A stretch of DNA of 64,000 nt from Anaerolineae bacterium (lineage in GTDB: Bacteria; Chloroflexota; Anaerolineae; S140-20), in NCBI GenBank assembly GCA_027021705.1, contig JALUTT010000056.1, positions 1-64,000 of the forward strand. Direction: 5' to 3'. Both the position numbers and the translations under genes were made by a program. Positions 9,150 to 18,534 of this stretch are shown here, one piece after another. The notes under the pieces are model-generated. The model saw only the letters and a list, made by a program, of their open reading frames with translations. It did not search any database and was not told the origin of the DNA. How positions within the stretch are numbered: position 1 is the stretch's first letter; each line of letters begins with the position of its first letter.

Positions 9150-10112
9150 ATGGCCACCTCAACCTGGAGGCCAGCCCGACGCAATGGGTTGTGGCAGCGC
9201 ATCCGCAAGCACCGCTTCGCCTACCTGCTGACCGCGCCCACGGCGCTGGCGATGCTCGGTGTGCACTTCATCCCCACGCTGCTCGCCTTCTACATGTCCT
9301 TCCTGCGGCTCAACCAGTTCACGCTGGGGCGTTTCCTGCGGGCTCCCTTCGTCGGGCTGGCCAACTACGCGCTGATCTTCTCCTCGCGCAACAACGCCCT
9401 GGTGGCCGGCATCAACAACGCCGCCCGCAACACCCTCATCTACGCCGTGGCCGTCAACGTCGGGACCCTGGGGATCGGAATCGTCCTGGCCCTGCTGCTC
9501 AACCGCCGTTTCCGGGGGCGCGGGATCGCCCGCACGCTGATGCTGCTCCCTTGGGTCGTCCCCACCTACGTCGTCGGCATGCTCTGGGGGATGATGTGGC
9601 TGCGGGACCGGGGGATCATCAACACCATCCTGGTGGACTGGCTGCACCTGCTCTCCCAGAAGCCCTTCTGGCTCATCGGGCGCAACACCCTCTGGGCCAT
9701 CATCATCCCCACCATCTGGCGGCAGCTCCCCTTCAACACGATCATGCTCCTCTCCGGCCTGCAGATGGTCCCCGAGGACCTCTACGACGCCTCGGCCATT
9801 GACGGCGCGTCCGCCTGGCAGCAGTTCTGGTACATCACCCTGCCCCTCCTCAAGCCCGTCGTCGCCATCGTGCTGCTATGGGGGGCGATCTTCACCTTCT
9901 TCGGCTACAACATCGTCATCATGATGTTCGGCAACGGGGGCGGCTTCCCCGGCGAGTGGGGTGACCTGCTGATGCCGGCCATCCAGCGCCAGTCCTTCGG
10001 CTACTGGATGTTCGGCCTGGGCTCCGCCGTCTCCATCCTGATGATGCTGGTGATGATGCTCTTCGTCGGGATCTGGTACCGCGTCTTCCGGGTCTCCCTG
10101 ATCCAGGAGTGA
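9150..10112 (+). CDS. carbohydrate ABC transporter permease
   Basis: FVGLANY, LYDASAIDGA (EAA loop), ITLPLLKP; GGAGG before ATG 9150. Confidence 0.93.
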   Translation: MATSTWRPARRNGLWQRIRKHRFAYLLTAPTALAMLGVHFIPTLLAFYMSFLRLNQFTLGRFLRAPFVGLANYALIFSSRNNALVAGINNAARNTLIYAVAVNVGTLGIGIVLALLLNRRFRGRGIARTLMLLPWVVPTYVVGMLWGMMWLRDRGIINTILVDWLHLLSQKPFWLIGRNTLWAIIIPTIWRQLPFNTIMLLSGLQMVPEDLYDASAIDGASAWQQFWYITLPLLKPVVAIVLLWGAIFTFFGYNIVIMMFGNGGGFPGEWGDLLMPAIQRQSFGYWMFGLGSAVSILMMLVMMLFVGIWYRVFRVSLIQE

Positions 10113-10115
10113 GAG

Positions 10116-10979
10116 GTGATGATGGACTGGCAACGTCTGGGGCCTCGCCTGCGGCGCTTCCTTGCCCACCGCTTCGCCGACCTGCTGTTGATCGCGCTCC
10201 TGGTGCTCATCCTCTTCCCCATCTTCTGGATGTTCGTCTCCTCGTTCAAGACCAACCAGGAGATCTTGGAGAGCCGGACGGTCCTGCCGTCGCGGTGGCA
10301 GTTGCGCAACTACGTGGACCTGTGGGAGCAGGTCAACTTTGGCCTCTACTTCAGGAACAGCCTCATCGTCTGCGGGACGACGATGATCGTGGTCACGCTG
10401 CTGGCCACCTTCTCCGGCTACGCCCTGGCCCGTTTTCGCTTTCCCGGCGCCGATGCCTTTGGGATGGCCGTCCTGGCGACCCAGTTGATCCCCGGCATCC
10501 TCTTCCTGCTTCCCCTCTACCAGATCTTCGTCTTCGTCAAGAACAGGCTGGGGGTGCCGCTGATCGGCACGAACCTGGGGGCCATCATCCTCTACATCGC
10601 CTTCTTCCTCCCCCTGAGCCTCTGGATCTTACGCAGCTTCTTCGCCTCCATCCCTCGAGAGCTGGAGGAGGCCGCCCTGATAGACGGCTGTACCCCCTTC
10701 GGGGCCTTCTGGCGGGTGGCGCTGCCCCTGGCCGCGCCGGGCATCGTGGCCACGGCCATCTACGTCTTCCTCACCGCCTGGGACGAACTGCTCTTCGCCT
10801 GGGTGCTGAACGTGAAGACGATCCCCGTGGGCATCCGCCTCTACGTGGGGCAGTACGTCAACCGCTTCGACCTGATGATGGCCGCCTCGGTGGTGGTCAC
10901 GCTGCCGGTGCTGATCACCTTCTTCCTGATGCAGCGGCAGATGATCAGCGGGCTGACCGCCGGCGCGGTGAAGGAGTGA
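10116..10979 (+). CDS. carbohydrate ABC transporter permease
   Basis: IPRELEEAALIDG EAA loop, C-terminal GLTAGAVKE. Confidence 0.95.
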   Translation: MMMDWQRLGPRLRRFLAHRFADLLLIALLVLILFPIFWMFVSSFKTNQEILESRTVLPSRWQLRNYVDLWEQVNFGLYFRNSLIVCGTTMIVVTLLATFSGYALARFRFPGADAFGMAVLATQLIPGILFLLPLYQIFVFVKNRLGVPLIGTNLGAIILYIAFFLPLSLWILRSFFASIPRELEEAALIDGCTPFGAFWRVALPLAAPGIVATAIYVFLTAWDELLFAWVLNVKTIPVGIRLYVGQYVNRFDLMMAASVVVTLPVLITFFLMQRQMISGLTAGAVKE

Positions 10980-11025
10980 GGCCGGGGGCCGGACCGGGGG
11001 ATTTCCGGGGCGGCGTTGGCCCCTG

Positions 11026-11054
11026 TTGGCCCTTTTCCCCCCCGGATGTATAAT
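11026..11054 (+). promoter_or_regulatory. internal sigma70-type promoter for AAA ATPase gene
   Basis: TTGGCC-17 bp-TATAAT, followed by inverted repeat GTGTCTGCTG/CAGCAGACAC (11055-11085). Confidence 0.6.
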
Positions 11055-11104
11055 GTGTCTGCTGCGTAACCTACTCAGCAGACACTACTCAGGGGAGGGG
11101 AGAC

Positions 11105-12511
11105 GTGGACTTCGTTGACCGAGAGCGCGAACTGGCTGCCCTGGAGCAGCTGTGGATCGAGGCCGAACGGGAGGCCCAGTTGGTCGTCGTCTACGGCCGG
11201 CGCCGTATTGGGAAGACGGCGTTGCTCCGACGCTTCACCCAGGGCAAGCCGACGGTCTTCTGGACGGCGGAGAGGACTTCAGCGGCCCGTCTGTTAGGTG
11301 GACTCTCCCGGGCGCTCTGGCGCTACGCCCACCCCGACCTCCCGCCCGAAGCGGACTTTACCTTCGCCTCCTGGGAACAGGCCCTCCAGTACGCCGCTCA
11401 GTTGGCCCGGAAACAACGCCTGGCCCTTATCATAGACGAGTTCCCCTATGCCGCCGAGGCGGTGCCGGCCTTGCCCTCCCTACTCCAGCGGCTGTGGGAT
11501 GAGACGTTGGCCCGGACCCACCTCTTCCTGGTGTTGTGCGGCAGTTCCATCAGTATGATGGAGCAGCAGGTGCTGGGATACCGGGCCCCGTTGTACGGAC
11601 GGCGCACCGGTCAACTCCTCCTGCGTCCGCTGACCTTCGCCGACGCACGACGCTTCTTCCCGGCCTACAGCCCTGTCCAGCAGGTCACGGCCTGGGCTAT
11701 CCTGGGCGGGATGCCCGCCTACCTGCGCCAGTTCTCCGACCGCCGTCCGATTATGGTCAACATCCGGGAGCGGATCTTGGAGCCCTCTTCGTTCCTGTAC
11801 TACGAACCCCGCTTCTTGGTCTACGCCGAGCTCCGGGAGCCCCGCACGTCGCTGGCCATCCTGGAGGCTCTTGCCACCGGTCACCACCGCCCTTCCGACA
11901 TCGCCCGGGTGACGGGGCTGGAGCGGGGGCTGGTGAGCCGCACGCTTTCCACCTTGCGCGACCTGCACCTGGTGGAACGGGAGGTCCCGGTGACGGAGCC
12001 CTACCCCCACAAGAGCCGTAAGGGACGCTATCGGATCAGCGACGCCTTCCTGCGCTTCTGGTTCCGCTTTGTGTGGCCCTTCCAGGACCGCTTGGACGTG
12101 GGAGAGACGGCGGCGGCAGAAGAGGCCCTGCGGGAGCAGTTGCCCGCCTTTGTCGGTCACGCCTTCGAGCGCCTCAGTCAGGAGTGGCTGCGACATCAGG
12201 GAGCAGCGGGCCGGCTGCCTTTCGAGCCGGATCGCATCGGCGAGTGGTGGGACCGTCAAGGGCAGGTAGATGTGGTGGCGCTGAACTGGGCGGAGCGGGT
12301 GATCTTGCTGGGAGAGGCGAAGTGGCTCAACCGCCCCGTCGGCCTTGAGGTCCTGGAGAGCCTGAAACGTCGAGGGAACAGGGCCGTCCCCGATCCATCC
12401 TGGACGGTGCATTACATCCTTTTCTCCCGCAGCGGTTTCACGACGGAGCTGCGGCGTCGGGCTGAGAGCGAGCGGCTGATGCTGGTTTCGCTGGAGGAGA
12501 TGGTCACCTGA
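11105..12511 (+). CDS. archaeal-type AAA ATPase with wHTH and C-terminal DUF234 (PD-(D/E)xK-like) domain
   Basis: FVDRERE, Walker A GRRRIGKT, Walker B IIDEFPY, YGRRTG, VDVVA...GEAKW. Confidence 0.9.
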   Translation: MDFVDRERELAALEQLWIEAEREAQLVVVYGRRRIGKTALLRRFTQGKPTVFWTAERTSAARLLGGLSRALWRYAHPDLPPEADFTFASWEQALQYAAQLARKQRLALIIDEFPYAAEAVPALPSLLQRLWDETLARTHLFLVLCGSSISMMEQQVLGYRAPLYGRRTGQLLLRPLTFADARRFFPAYSPVQQVTAWAILGGMPAYLRQFSDRRPIMVNIRERILEPSSFLYYEPRFLVYAELREPRTSLAILEALATGHHRPSDIARVTGLERGLVSRTLSTLRDLHLVEREVPVTEPYPHKSRKGRYRISDAFLRFWFRFVWPFQDRLDVGETAAAEEALREQLPAFVGHAFERLSQEWLRHQGAAGRLPFEPDRIGEWWDRQGQVDVVALNWAERVILLGEAKWLNRPVGLEVLESLKRRGNRAVPDPSWTVHYILFSRSGFTTELRRRAESERLMLVSLEEMVT

Positions 12512-14964
12512 TGCACCGAGCGCTCTGGCCTCTGCTCATCCTCGTCGTTCTCTGCACTACCTGTCACCCTACCACCAAGGAGCACCCTATGACACCGACC
12601 TCGTCCGTCCGACGGCCGGCCGGGATCCCGGCGGCCGCCTGGTCCCGCCCCATCGGCCTGCCGGTGGAACACCCCTCCCGTCCTCGCACCGACTACCCCA
12701 TCATTGACGACGGTCCCTTCCAGGGGGTCCCCCTGGGCGGGATCGGAGCCGGCACCATCGGGCGCACCTACCGGGGCGACTTCGCCCGCTGGCACCTGGA
12801 GCCCGGTCGCCACCGCTACGAGCCGCTGCCCGCCAACATGTTCTCCGTCTACATGCGCCAGGGGGATCGGACCGTCGTCCAGGCCCTGTGGACGGAAGCG
12901 CCGCGCACCTTCCTCCAAGCCTGGCGCTGGCGCTACCCCGTCGGGGCCGGCACCTACTACGCCCTCTACCCCCGTGCCTGGTTCGTCTACGACTGGGACC
13001 GCTTCCCCGCCCGCCTGACCGTCGAGCAGTTCTCGCCCATCATCCCCCACAACTACCGGGAGAGCAGCTATCCCGTCGCCCTCTTCCTGTGGACGGCGGA
13101 GAACCCCACCGATGGGCCCCTCACCCTGGGCATCCTCTTCACCTGGCAGAACCTGCTGGGGCGAGGGCAGGAGCAAGACTTCCTGGCCGGCCACGTCAAC
13201 CAGGCCCGCCGCGAGACGCTGGACGCGGGGGAGATGGTCGGCGTCCTGCTCCAGGACGGAGGTGAGGCGGTCACCGAGGGCTGGCAGGGCTCCTTCGCCA
13301 TCGCCGCCCTCCAGACGCCGGGGGTCCGGGTCACCTACCGCAGCCGCTTCCGGGTCAACGGGGATGGGGCGGAGCTCTGGGGCGACTTCGCCGCCGACGG
13401 CCGGCTGGACGACCGGGACGACGCCACCCCTTCGACGATGGGCGAGATCATCGGCGCCGGCATCGCCGTCACCTTCAACCTGGCTCCCGGCGAGCGCCGA
13501 CAGGTTCCCATCGTCCTGGCCTGGGACCTACCCATCGCCCAGTTTGGGGAGGGGGATCGCTGGTACCGGCGCTACACCGCCTTCTTCGGCGTCTCCGGGC
13601 GCAACGCCTGGGCCATCGCCCGGGAGGGGCTGACGCGCTACGCCGACTGGCGGGAGCAGATCATCGCCTGGCAACAGCCCATCCTGGAGGACCCCGCCCG
13701 CCCCGACTGGTACAAGCAGGCCCTCTTCAACGAGCTCTACTTCATCGCCGACGGGGCGACGGCCTGGGTGACCGGCCCGGTGGACGGCACGCCGGACGAC
13801 CCCGCCGAGATGGGCCACTTCGCCCAGATCGAGTGCTACGACTACCCCTACTACGAGACGCTGGACGTCCGCTTCTACGGCTCCTTCCCCCTGCTGATGC
13901 TCTGGCCGGCGCTGGAGAAGCAGGTGATGCGGGACTTCATCCCCACGGTGCAGCAGACCGACCCGACGCTGCGCCGCATCGTCAGCAACGGGGCTCAGGC
14001 CCCCCGCAAGGTGGCCGGTGCCGTCCCCCACGACCTGGGGATGCCCTCCGAAGCCCCCTGGCGGCGGACCAACGCCTACGACTTCCAGGATGCGAACCTC
14101 TGGAAGGACCTGAACAGCAAGTTTGTCCTGCTTCTCTACCGGGATTACCGAGCGACGGGGGATCGGTCGCTGGTGGAGGCGGGGTGGCCGGCCGTCCAGG
14201 TGGCGCTGGACTACCTGAAGGGCTTCGACCGGGATGGGGATGGGCTGCCGGAGAACGACGGGCTGCCCGACCAGACCTACGACACCTGGCCGATGCGCGG
14301 GGCCAGCGCCTACTGCGGCGGCCTCTGGATGGCGGCGTTGGAGGCGGCGGTGGAGATGGCCCGGCTGGTGGGGGACGAGACAGCGGCCCGCCGGTACGCC
14401 GGCTGGCTGGCCCAGGCCCAGGCCAGCTATGAGGCCAAGCTGTGGAATGGGCGCTACTACGACTACGACACCGACGGCTCCCACCGCGACAGCCTGATGG
14501 CCGATCAGTTGGCCGGTCAGTGGTACGCCGACCTCTGCGGGCTTCCCCCCGTCGTGCCCGACGACCACGTGCGCTCCGCCCTGGAGGCCATCTACCAGGC
14601 CAACGTGCTGGGCTTCGCCGGGGGGCAGATGGGGGCCGTCAACGGCACCCGGCCCGACGGCTCTGTGGACCGCAGCGCCGACCAAGCCGAGGAGGTGTGG
14701 ACAGGGGTGACCTACGGCCTGGCCGCCTTCCTGCTTCAGCGAGGGATGGAGGAGGCCGCCTGGCGGACCGCCTGGGGGGTCTACCGCGTGACCTACGAGA
14801 CGGGCGGGCTCTGGTTCCGCACGCCGGAGGCCTGGGATGAGCAGGGGCGCTTCCGGGCCTCGATGTACATGCGCCCGGGCGCAATCTGGGCAATGGAATG
14901 GGCACTCTCCAAAGATATGGGTAATCACCACTTCTCTGAGCCATTGCCACCCCCTGCAATTTGA
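12511..14964 (+). CDS. glycoside hydrolase family 116 beta-glucosidase
   Basis: GVPLGGIGAG, ECYDYPYYETLDVRFYGS (nucleophile region), PDQTYDTW (acid/base region), FRTPEA; alternative start 12589. Confidence 0.93.
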   Translation: MHRALWPLLILVVLCTTCHPTTKEHPMTPTSSVRRPAGIPAAAWSRPIGLPVEHPSRPRTDYPIIDDGPFQGVPLGGIGAGTIGRTYRGDFARWHLEPGRHRYEPLPANMFSVYMRQGDRTVVQALWTEAPRTFLQAWRWRYPVGAGTYYALYPRAWFVYDWDRFPARLTVEQFSPIIPHNYRESSYPVALFLWTAENPTDGPLTLGILFTWQNLLGRGQEQDFLAGHVNQARRETLDAGEMVGVLLQDGGEAVTEGWQGSFAIAALQTPGVRVTYRSRFRVNGDGAELWGDFAADGRLDDRDDATPSTMGEIIGAGIAVTFNLAPGERRQVPIVLAWDLPIAQFGEGDRWYRRYTAFFGVSGRNAWAIAREGLTRYADWREQIIAWQQPILEDPARPDWYKQALFNELYFIADGATAWVTGPVDGTPDDPAEMGHFAQIECYDYPYYETLDVRFYGSFPLLMLWPALEKQVMRDFIPTVQQTDPTLRRIVSNGAQAPRKVAGAVPHDLGMPSEAPWRRTNAYDFQDANLWKDLNSKFVLLLYRDYRATGDRSLVEAGWPAVQVALDYLKGFDRDGDGLPENDGLPDQTYDTWPMRGASAYCGGLWMAALEAAVEMARLVGDETAARRYAGWLAQAQASYEAKLWNGRYYDYDTDGSHRDSLMADQLAGQWYADLCGLPPVVPDDHVRSALEAIYQANVLGFAGGQMGAVNGTRPDGSVDRSADQAEEVWTGVTYGLAAFLLQRGMEEAAWRTAWGVYRVTYETGGLWFRTPEAWDEQGRFRASMYMRPGAIWAMEWALSKDMGNHHFSEPLPPPAI
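14906..14929. repeat. 24-bp dispersed repeat copy 2, inside the GH116 3' end
   Basis: Identical to 68-91. Confidence 0.85.
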
Positions 14965-14972
14965 GGTAGAAT
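14944..14972 (+). promoter_or_regulatory. sigma70-type promoter
   Basis: TTGCCA-17 bp-TAGAAT. Confidence 0.6.
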
Positions 14973-15093
14973 GTTAGAGGATGCCTTGTCTAGCGATAGA
15001 GGCTCTGCGGCCCCAACAACTGTTCGGGCAATCCGGGGGAGGACACGGCGTCCCCGGCGACCTCGAAGGGCTGAGGATTGAGCGCTGATAACC

Positions 15094-16236
15094 GTGGGGA
15101 TGGGACAACTGGGGACAGGGAGAGGGGATAAGAGGAAAGGGAGACGGATCAGCCGGCGCCGTTTTCTCCGCGAGGCAGCGGCCGCGGCGGCATGGCTGGT
15201 GACGGCCAGCCTACGGAGCAGTCCCCTGGACGCCCAACCCCCTCCTCCCTCCCCCCACACCGTCCAACCCCCCGACGAGTACCGGAGCTTCCTCCCCTAC
15301 GTGGCCCGGCCCAAGATGCCCCACGGCCCTTCCAAGCTGGGTGTCCACACCATCCGCCCCGATGGAGCGATGGACTTGATCCAGCGGGTCAGCGAGGCCG
15401 GCGGCCACGTTGCCCTGGTCAAGGGACTGGACAACCTGGGCCATCTGCGGGAGGTCAAGGAGGTCTCCCCCCAAACGGTACGGATAGCTCGCTGGAACGA
15501 CCCCTGGTGGAGCGGGATTGAGGCGGAAGGGGACCCGGCCGAGAAGGCGCGAGAACGGATGGACTGGCATATGGGCCGATGGGAGTCCGATCGAGAGTGG
15601 GTGGACTACTGGGAAGTGCTCAACGAGCCGGACCCACCGTCGGTAGACGGCCATCGCTGGCTGGCCGACTTCTACATCGCCTGCATGGAGATCGCCGAGG
15701 AGAACGGCTACAAGCTGGCCCTCTTCTCCTACAGCGTGGGGGTGCCCGAGTGGGAGGAGTGGGAGGCGATCGTGCAGACAGGGGTCTTCGCACAGGCCAA
15801 GGCGGGCGGCCACATCCTGGCGCTGCACGAGTACAACTGGCCCCATATGGACGAGCGGTGGGGTGAGCCGCTGCCCGGGCGCACCCTGGGGCTGGACCGA
15901 GGGGTGCTTACCGGGCGCTACCGCTACCTCTACGAAGACTTCCTGATCCCCCGTGACGAGGTGATCCCCCTGGCCATCACCGAAGGGGGATACGATCCTT
16001 CGGTGGTCGGTCAGGGCTGGGATGAGAACTGGAAGGAGCGCTTCGTCCCCGAGATGGCCTGGTACGACGGCAAGCTGCGGGAGGACGACTACGTCCTGGG
16101 CTGCGCCCTCTTCACCCTGGGGGGCGTAGGCATCTGGCGAGACTGGGATTACAGCGATCTGCTGGACGAACTGGGGGATTACATCATCTCCCTCAAGGAT
16201 CAGCCCGACGAAGACGAGGACGACGAGGAAGACTAA
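15094..16236 (+). CDS. Tat-exported clan GH-A-like glycoside hydrolase/hypothetical
   Basis: Tat motif SRRRFL; WEVLNEPD and LAITEGG motifs; acidic tail. Confidence 0.65.
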   Translation: MGMGQLGTGRGDKRKGRRISRRRFLREAAAAAAWLVTASLRSSPLDAQPPPPSPHTVQPPDEYRSFLPYVARPKMPHGPSKLGVHTIRPDGAMDLIQRVSEAGGHVALVKGLDNLGHLREVKEVSPQTVRIARWNDPWWSGIEAEGDPAEKARERMDWHMGRWESDREWVDYWEVLNEPDPPSVDGHRWLADFYIACMEIAEENGYKLALFSYSVGVPEWEEWEAIVQTGVFAQAKAGGHILALHEYNWPHMDERWGEPLPGRTLGLDRGVLTGRYRYLYEDFLIPRDEVIPLAITEGGYDPSVVGQGWDENWKERFVPEMAWYDGKLREDDYVLGCALFTLGGVGIWRDWDYSDLLDELGDYIISLKDQPDEDEDDEED

Positions 16237-16240
16237 CGCC

Positions 16241-17059
16241 TCACAGGCGGGCGATCAGCTCCCCCCGGCGGAAGGTGCGCTTCCCCCACCACAACAGGGC
16301 CGCATCCACACCCCACAGCAGCAAGCCCAGCAGCAGCACCAACCCCGTGCTAAAGTAGAGCACCCCCGCCGCCTGTCCGACGACCAGCAGGACGAGGGGC
16401 AAGACGACGGCACCCCCCAGTTGGTAGGCTTCCTGGAACCCCCGAACCCGCCCGGAGATCAGGACCATCGTGCCCAGCCCCAGGCCGGCCACGGCCGGCG
16501 TTACCCAGATCACCAGCACCAGCCACATCCCGTTGGGGAAGAGGAGCCGCCCCATCACCGGCCAGGCGGTCAGGTTGGCCACCAGTCCGTAGAGGACGAA
16601 GCCTCCTAGCGCCACCCCGACCGCCGGCAACCAGGCGGAGAGCAGTTTGCCCAGGAAGAGCTCCCCGTCGGTCGTGGGGGTGTAGAGCAACGCCTCTAGG
16701 GTCTTGCGCTCCTTCTCACCGGCGAAGCTGTCCGCCGCGATGACGCTGGAGACCATCAGGGGGATGATCAGGTAGAGAGGGGCCAGGAAGTAGACCAGGG
16801 CCAGCACGGTCCAGCGTTGGGCGTCATCTAGGCCGGCCAGTTTGGCCTGCAGGCCCGGCGGCATAGCGGCCATGAAGCGCTCCATATCGTCCAGGGAGGT
16901 AGTCGGCAGGCCCGTGGCCGTCGGGGCTAGGACGACCAGCGCCGGCAGGACCACCAGGATGATCGCCGGGACCAGGATGAGCGGCAGGAGGACACCCCGG
17001 CTGCGGGCGACGACGGTCAGGTCCTTGCGGACGATGGCTTTGACGGCGCGCCAGTTCAC
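16241..17059 (-). CDS. ABC-2 type exporter permease
   Basis: SFAGEKERKTLEALLYTP, LGKLL, six TM segments. Confidence 0.92.
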   Translation of the reverse strand: MNWRAVKAIVRKDLTVVARSRGVLLPLILVPAIILVVLPALVVLAPTATGLPTTSLDDMERFMAAMPPGLQAKLAGLDDAQRWTVLALVYFLAPLYLIIPLMVSSVIAADSFAGEKERKTLEALLYTPTTDGELFLGKLLSAWLPAVGVALGGFVLYGLVANLTAWPVMGRLLFPNGMWLVLVIWVTPAVAGLGLGTMVLISGRVRGFQEAYQLGGAVVLPLVLLVVGQAAGVLYFSTGLVLLLGLLLWGVDAALLWWGKRTFRRGELIARL

Positions 17060-18000
17060 GTCAGCACCTCCTCGCCACCGTGCAGGGCGAAGTAGACGTC
17101 TTCCAGGGTCGGCTCCTGGGGCGTCACCCGGTAGAGTCGCACGCCGGCCTCCACCAGCGCCGTCACCAGGTCGGGGATGGCCTCCCGGTCGGGCAGCCGG
17201 ACGATGGCAACAGGTTCACGCCACTCGACCTCGCCGTCCTGCGAGACCCTCCGCAGGAGATCCAGGGCGGTGGGCGCAGTAGCGGGGACCAACTCGACCT
17301 CCAGGCACAGGCCGCGCCATAAGCGGTGGGCCAGTTCCGCCGGCGTTCCCACGGCCAACAGACGCCCGTGCTCCAGCACAGCGACCCGGTCGCACAGGCG
17401 CTGGGCCTCGGCCAGGTTGTGGGTGCAGAGGAAGACCGTGCGTCCGGTCTCCCGGCTCAAGCGGGCAATCATCCCCCGGACGCGGCGGGCGGCCATCGGG
17501 TCCAGGCCCGCCGTCGGCTCGTCCAGGAAGAGGAGTTCCGGCTCGTGGAGCAGGGCGCGGGCCAGGGCCAGCCGTTGCTTCATCCCCTTGCTGTAGCCTC
17601 CCACCAGATCGTCGGCCCGGTCGGTCAACTCAAAGATCTCCAGGAGCGCCTCGATCCGACGGGGAACCTGATCGGCGGGGACACCGTACAGGTCGGCGTA
17701 GAGGAGCAAGTTCTCGCGGGCGGTCAGCCGCTCGTCCAGGGAAGGGGTCTCCGGCAGCACGCCGACCCGTCGGCGCAGGGCGGGGCCATCCTTCACCGGA
17801 TCGAGGTCCAGCACGCGGGCCGAGCCGCTGCTGGGAAGCAGTACGCCGTTGAGCAGCCGCACCGTGGTAGTCTTGCCGGCACCGTTGTGCCCCAGGAAGC
17901 CGAAGACCTCCCCGGCGTAGACTTCCAGGGTCAGACCGTCCACGGCCACCGTGCCGCCAAAACGGCGGGTGAGGTTGTGCGTCTGGATCACTGGCTGCAT
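17056..18000 (-). CDS. ABC exporter ATP-binding protein
   Basis: GHNGAGKTT, YSKGMKQR, FLDEPTAGLD. Confidence 0.95.
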   Translation of the reverse strand: MQPVIQTHNLTRRFGGTVAVDGLTLEVYAGEVFGFLGHNGAGKTTTVRLLNGVLLPSSGSARVLDLDPVKDGPALRRRVGVLPETPSLDERLTARENLLLYADLYGVPADQVPRRIEALLEIFELTDRADDLVGGYSKGMKQRLALARALLHEPELLFLDEPTAGLDPMAARRVRGMIARLSRETGRTVFLCTHNLAEAQRLCDRVAVLEHGRLLAVGTPAELAHRLWRGLCLEVELVPATAPTALDLLRRVSQDGEVEWREPVAIVRLPDREAIPDLVTALVEAGVRLYRVTPQEPTLEDVYFALHGGEEVLT

Positions 18001-18032
18001 AGCCAAAACCACGCCTCTACGAGGGAAGCGGT

Positions 18033-18061
18033 TTGACGCCCCAGGGGGAGCAGGCTATAAT
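18033..18061 (+). promoter_or_regulatory. sigma70-type promoter for HNH pair
   Basis: TTGACG-17 bp-TATAAT. Confidence 0.75.
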
Positions 18062-18186
18062 CAAGACACAAAAACCTTGATGCCTTCCCGCAGATTTTGA
18101 CCGCTTCTAGGTTCGCCCCATCGGATACCGTTCCAGCAAGGCCGGACAAGCCCCCAGGGAAGGCTACCTTGACCCGGAGGGCAGCT

Positions 18187-18534
18187 ATGCCTACCATCAC
18201 CATTGAAGTGCCGGACTCCCTAGCCGAGCGGCTGACTCCCTATCAGGAGCGCCTGGCCGAGATTTTGGCCTTGGGTTTGGGTGAGATGTCCCCTCTACCC
18301 GGCCAGGTGTATCGCTACATCCTGGAGTTCCTCGCCAGCGATCCCAACCCTGAAGAGTTGATCGCCTTTCGTCCCACCCAGGAGATGCAAGACCGATTGC
18401 GCATCCTATTGGAGCGAGAACGTGCTGGTGTGCTAACCGACATGGAGCGGGCTGAGTTGGACGAGTACGAACGCATCGAGCATATTGTGATCCTGTTCAA
18501 GGCCCAAGCAATGCGAGAGTCCTCCCACAGCTAA
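18187..18534 (+). CDS. small hypothetical protein, antitoxin-like partner of HNH nuclease
   Basis: RHH-like N-terminus MPTITIEVPDSL, LTxxExAELDEY motif, TAATG coupling to HNH gene. Confidence 0.65.
   Translation: MPTITIEVPDSLAERLTPYQERLAEILALGLGEMSPLPGQVYRYILEFLASDPNPEELIAFRPTQEMQDRLRILLERERAGVLTDMERAELDEYERIEHIVILFKAQAMRESSHS

Noticed and set aside
7412..9208. Long antisense ORFs (also 23579-25381, 50557-52089, 52636-54495, 61774-63261)
   Set aside because: Shadow frames of well-supported genes; no motifs or RBS, and composition typical of reverse-read high-GC codons
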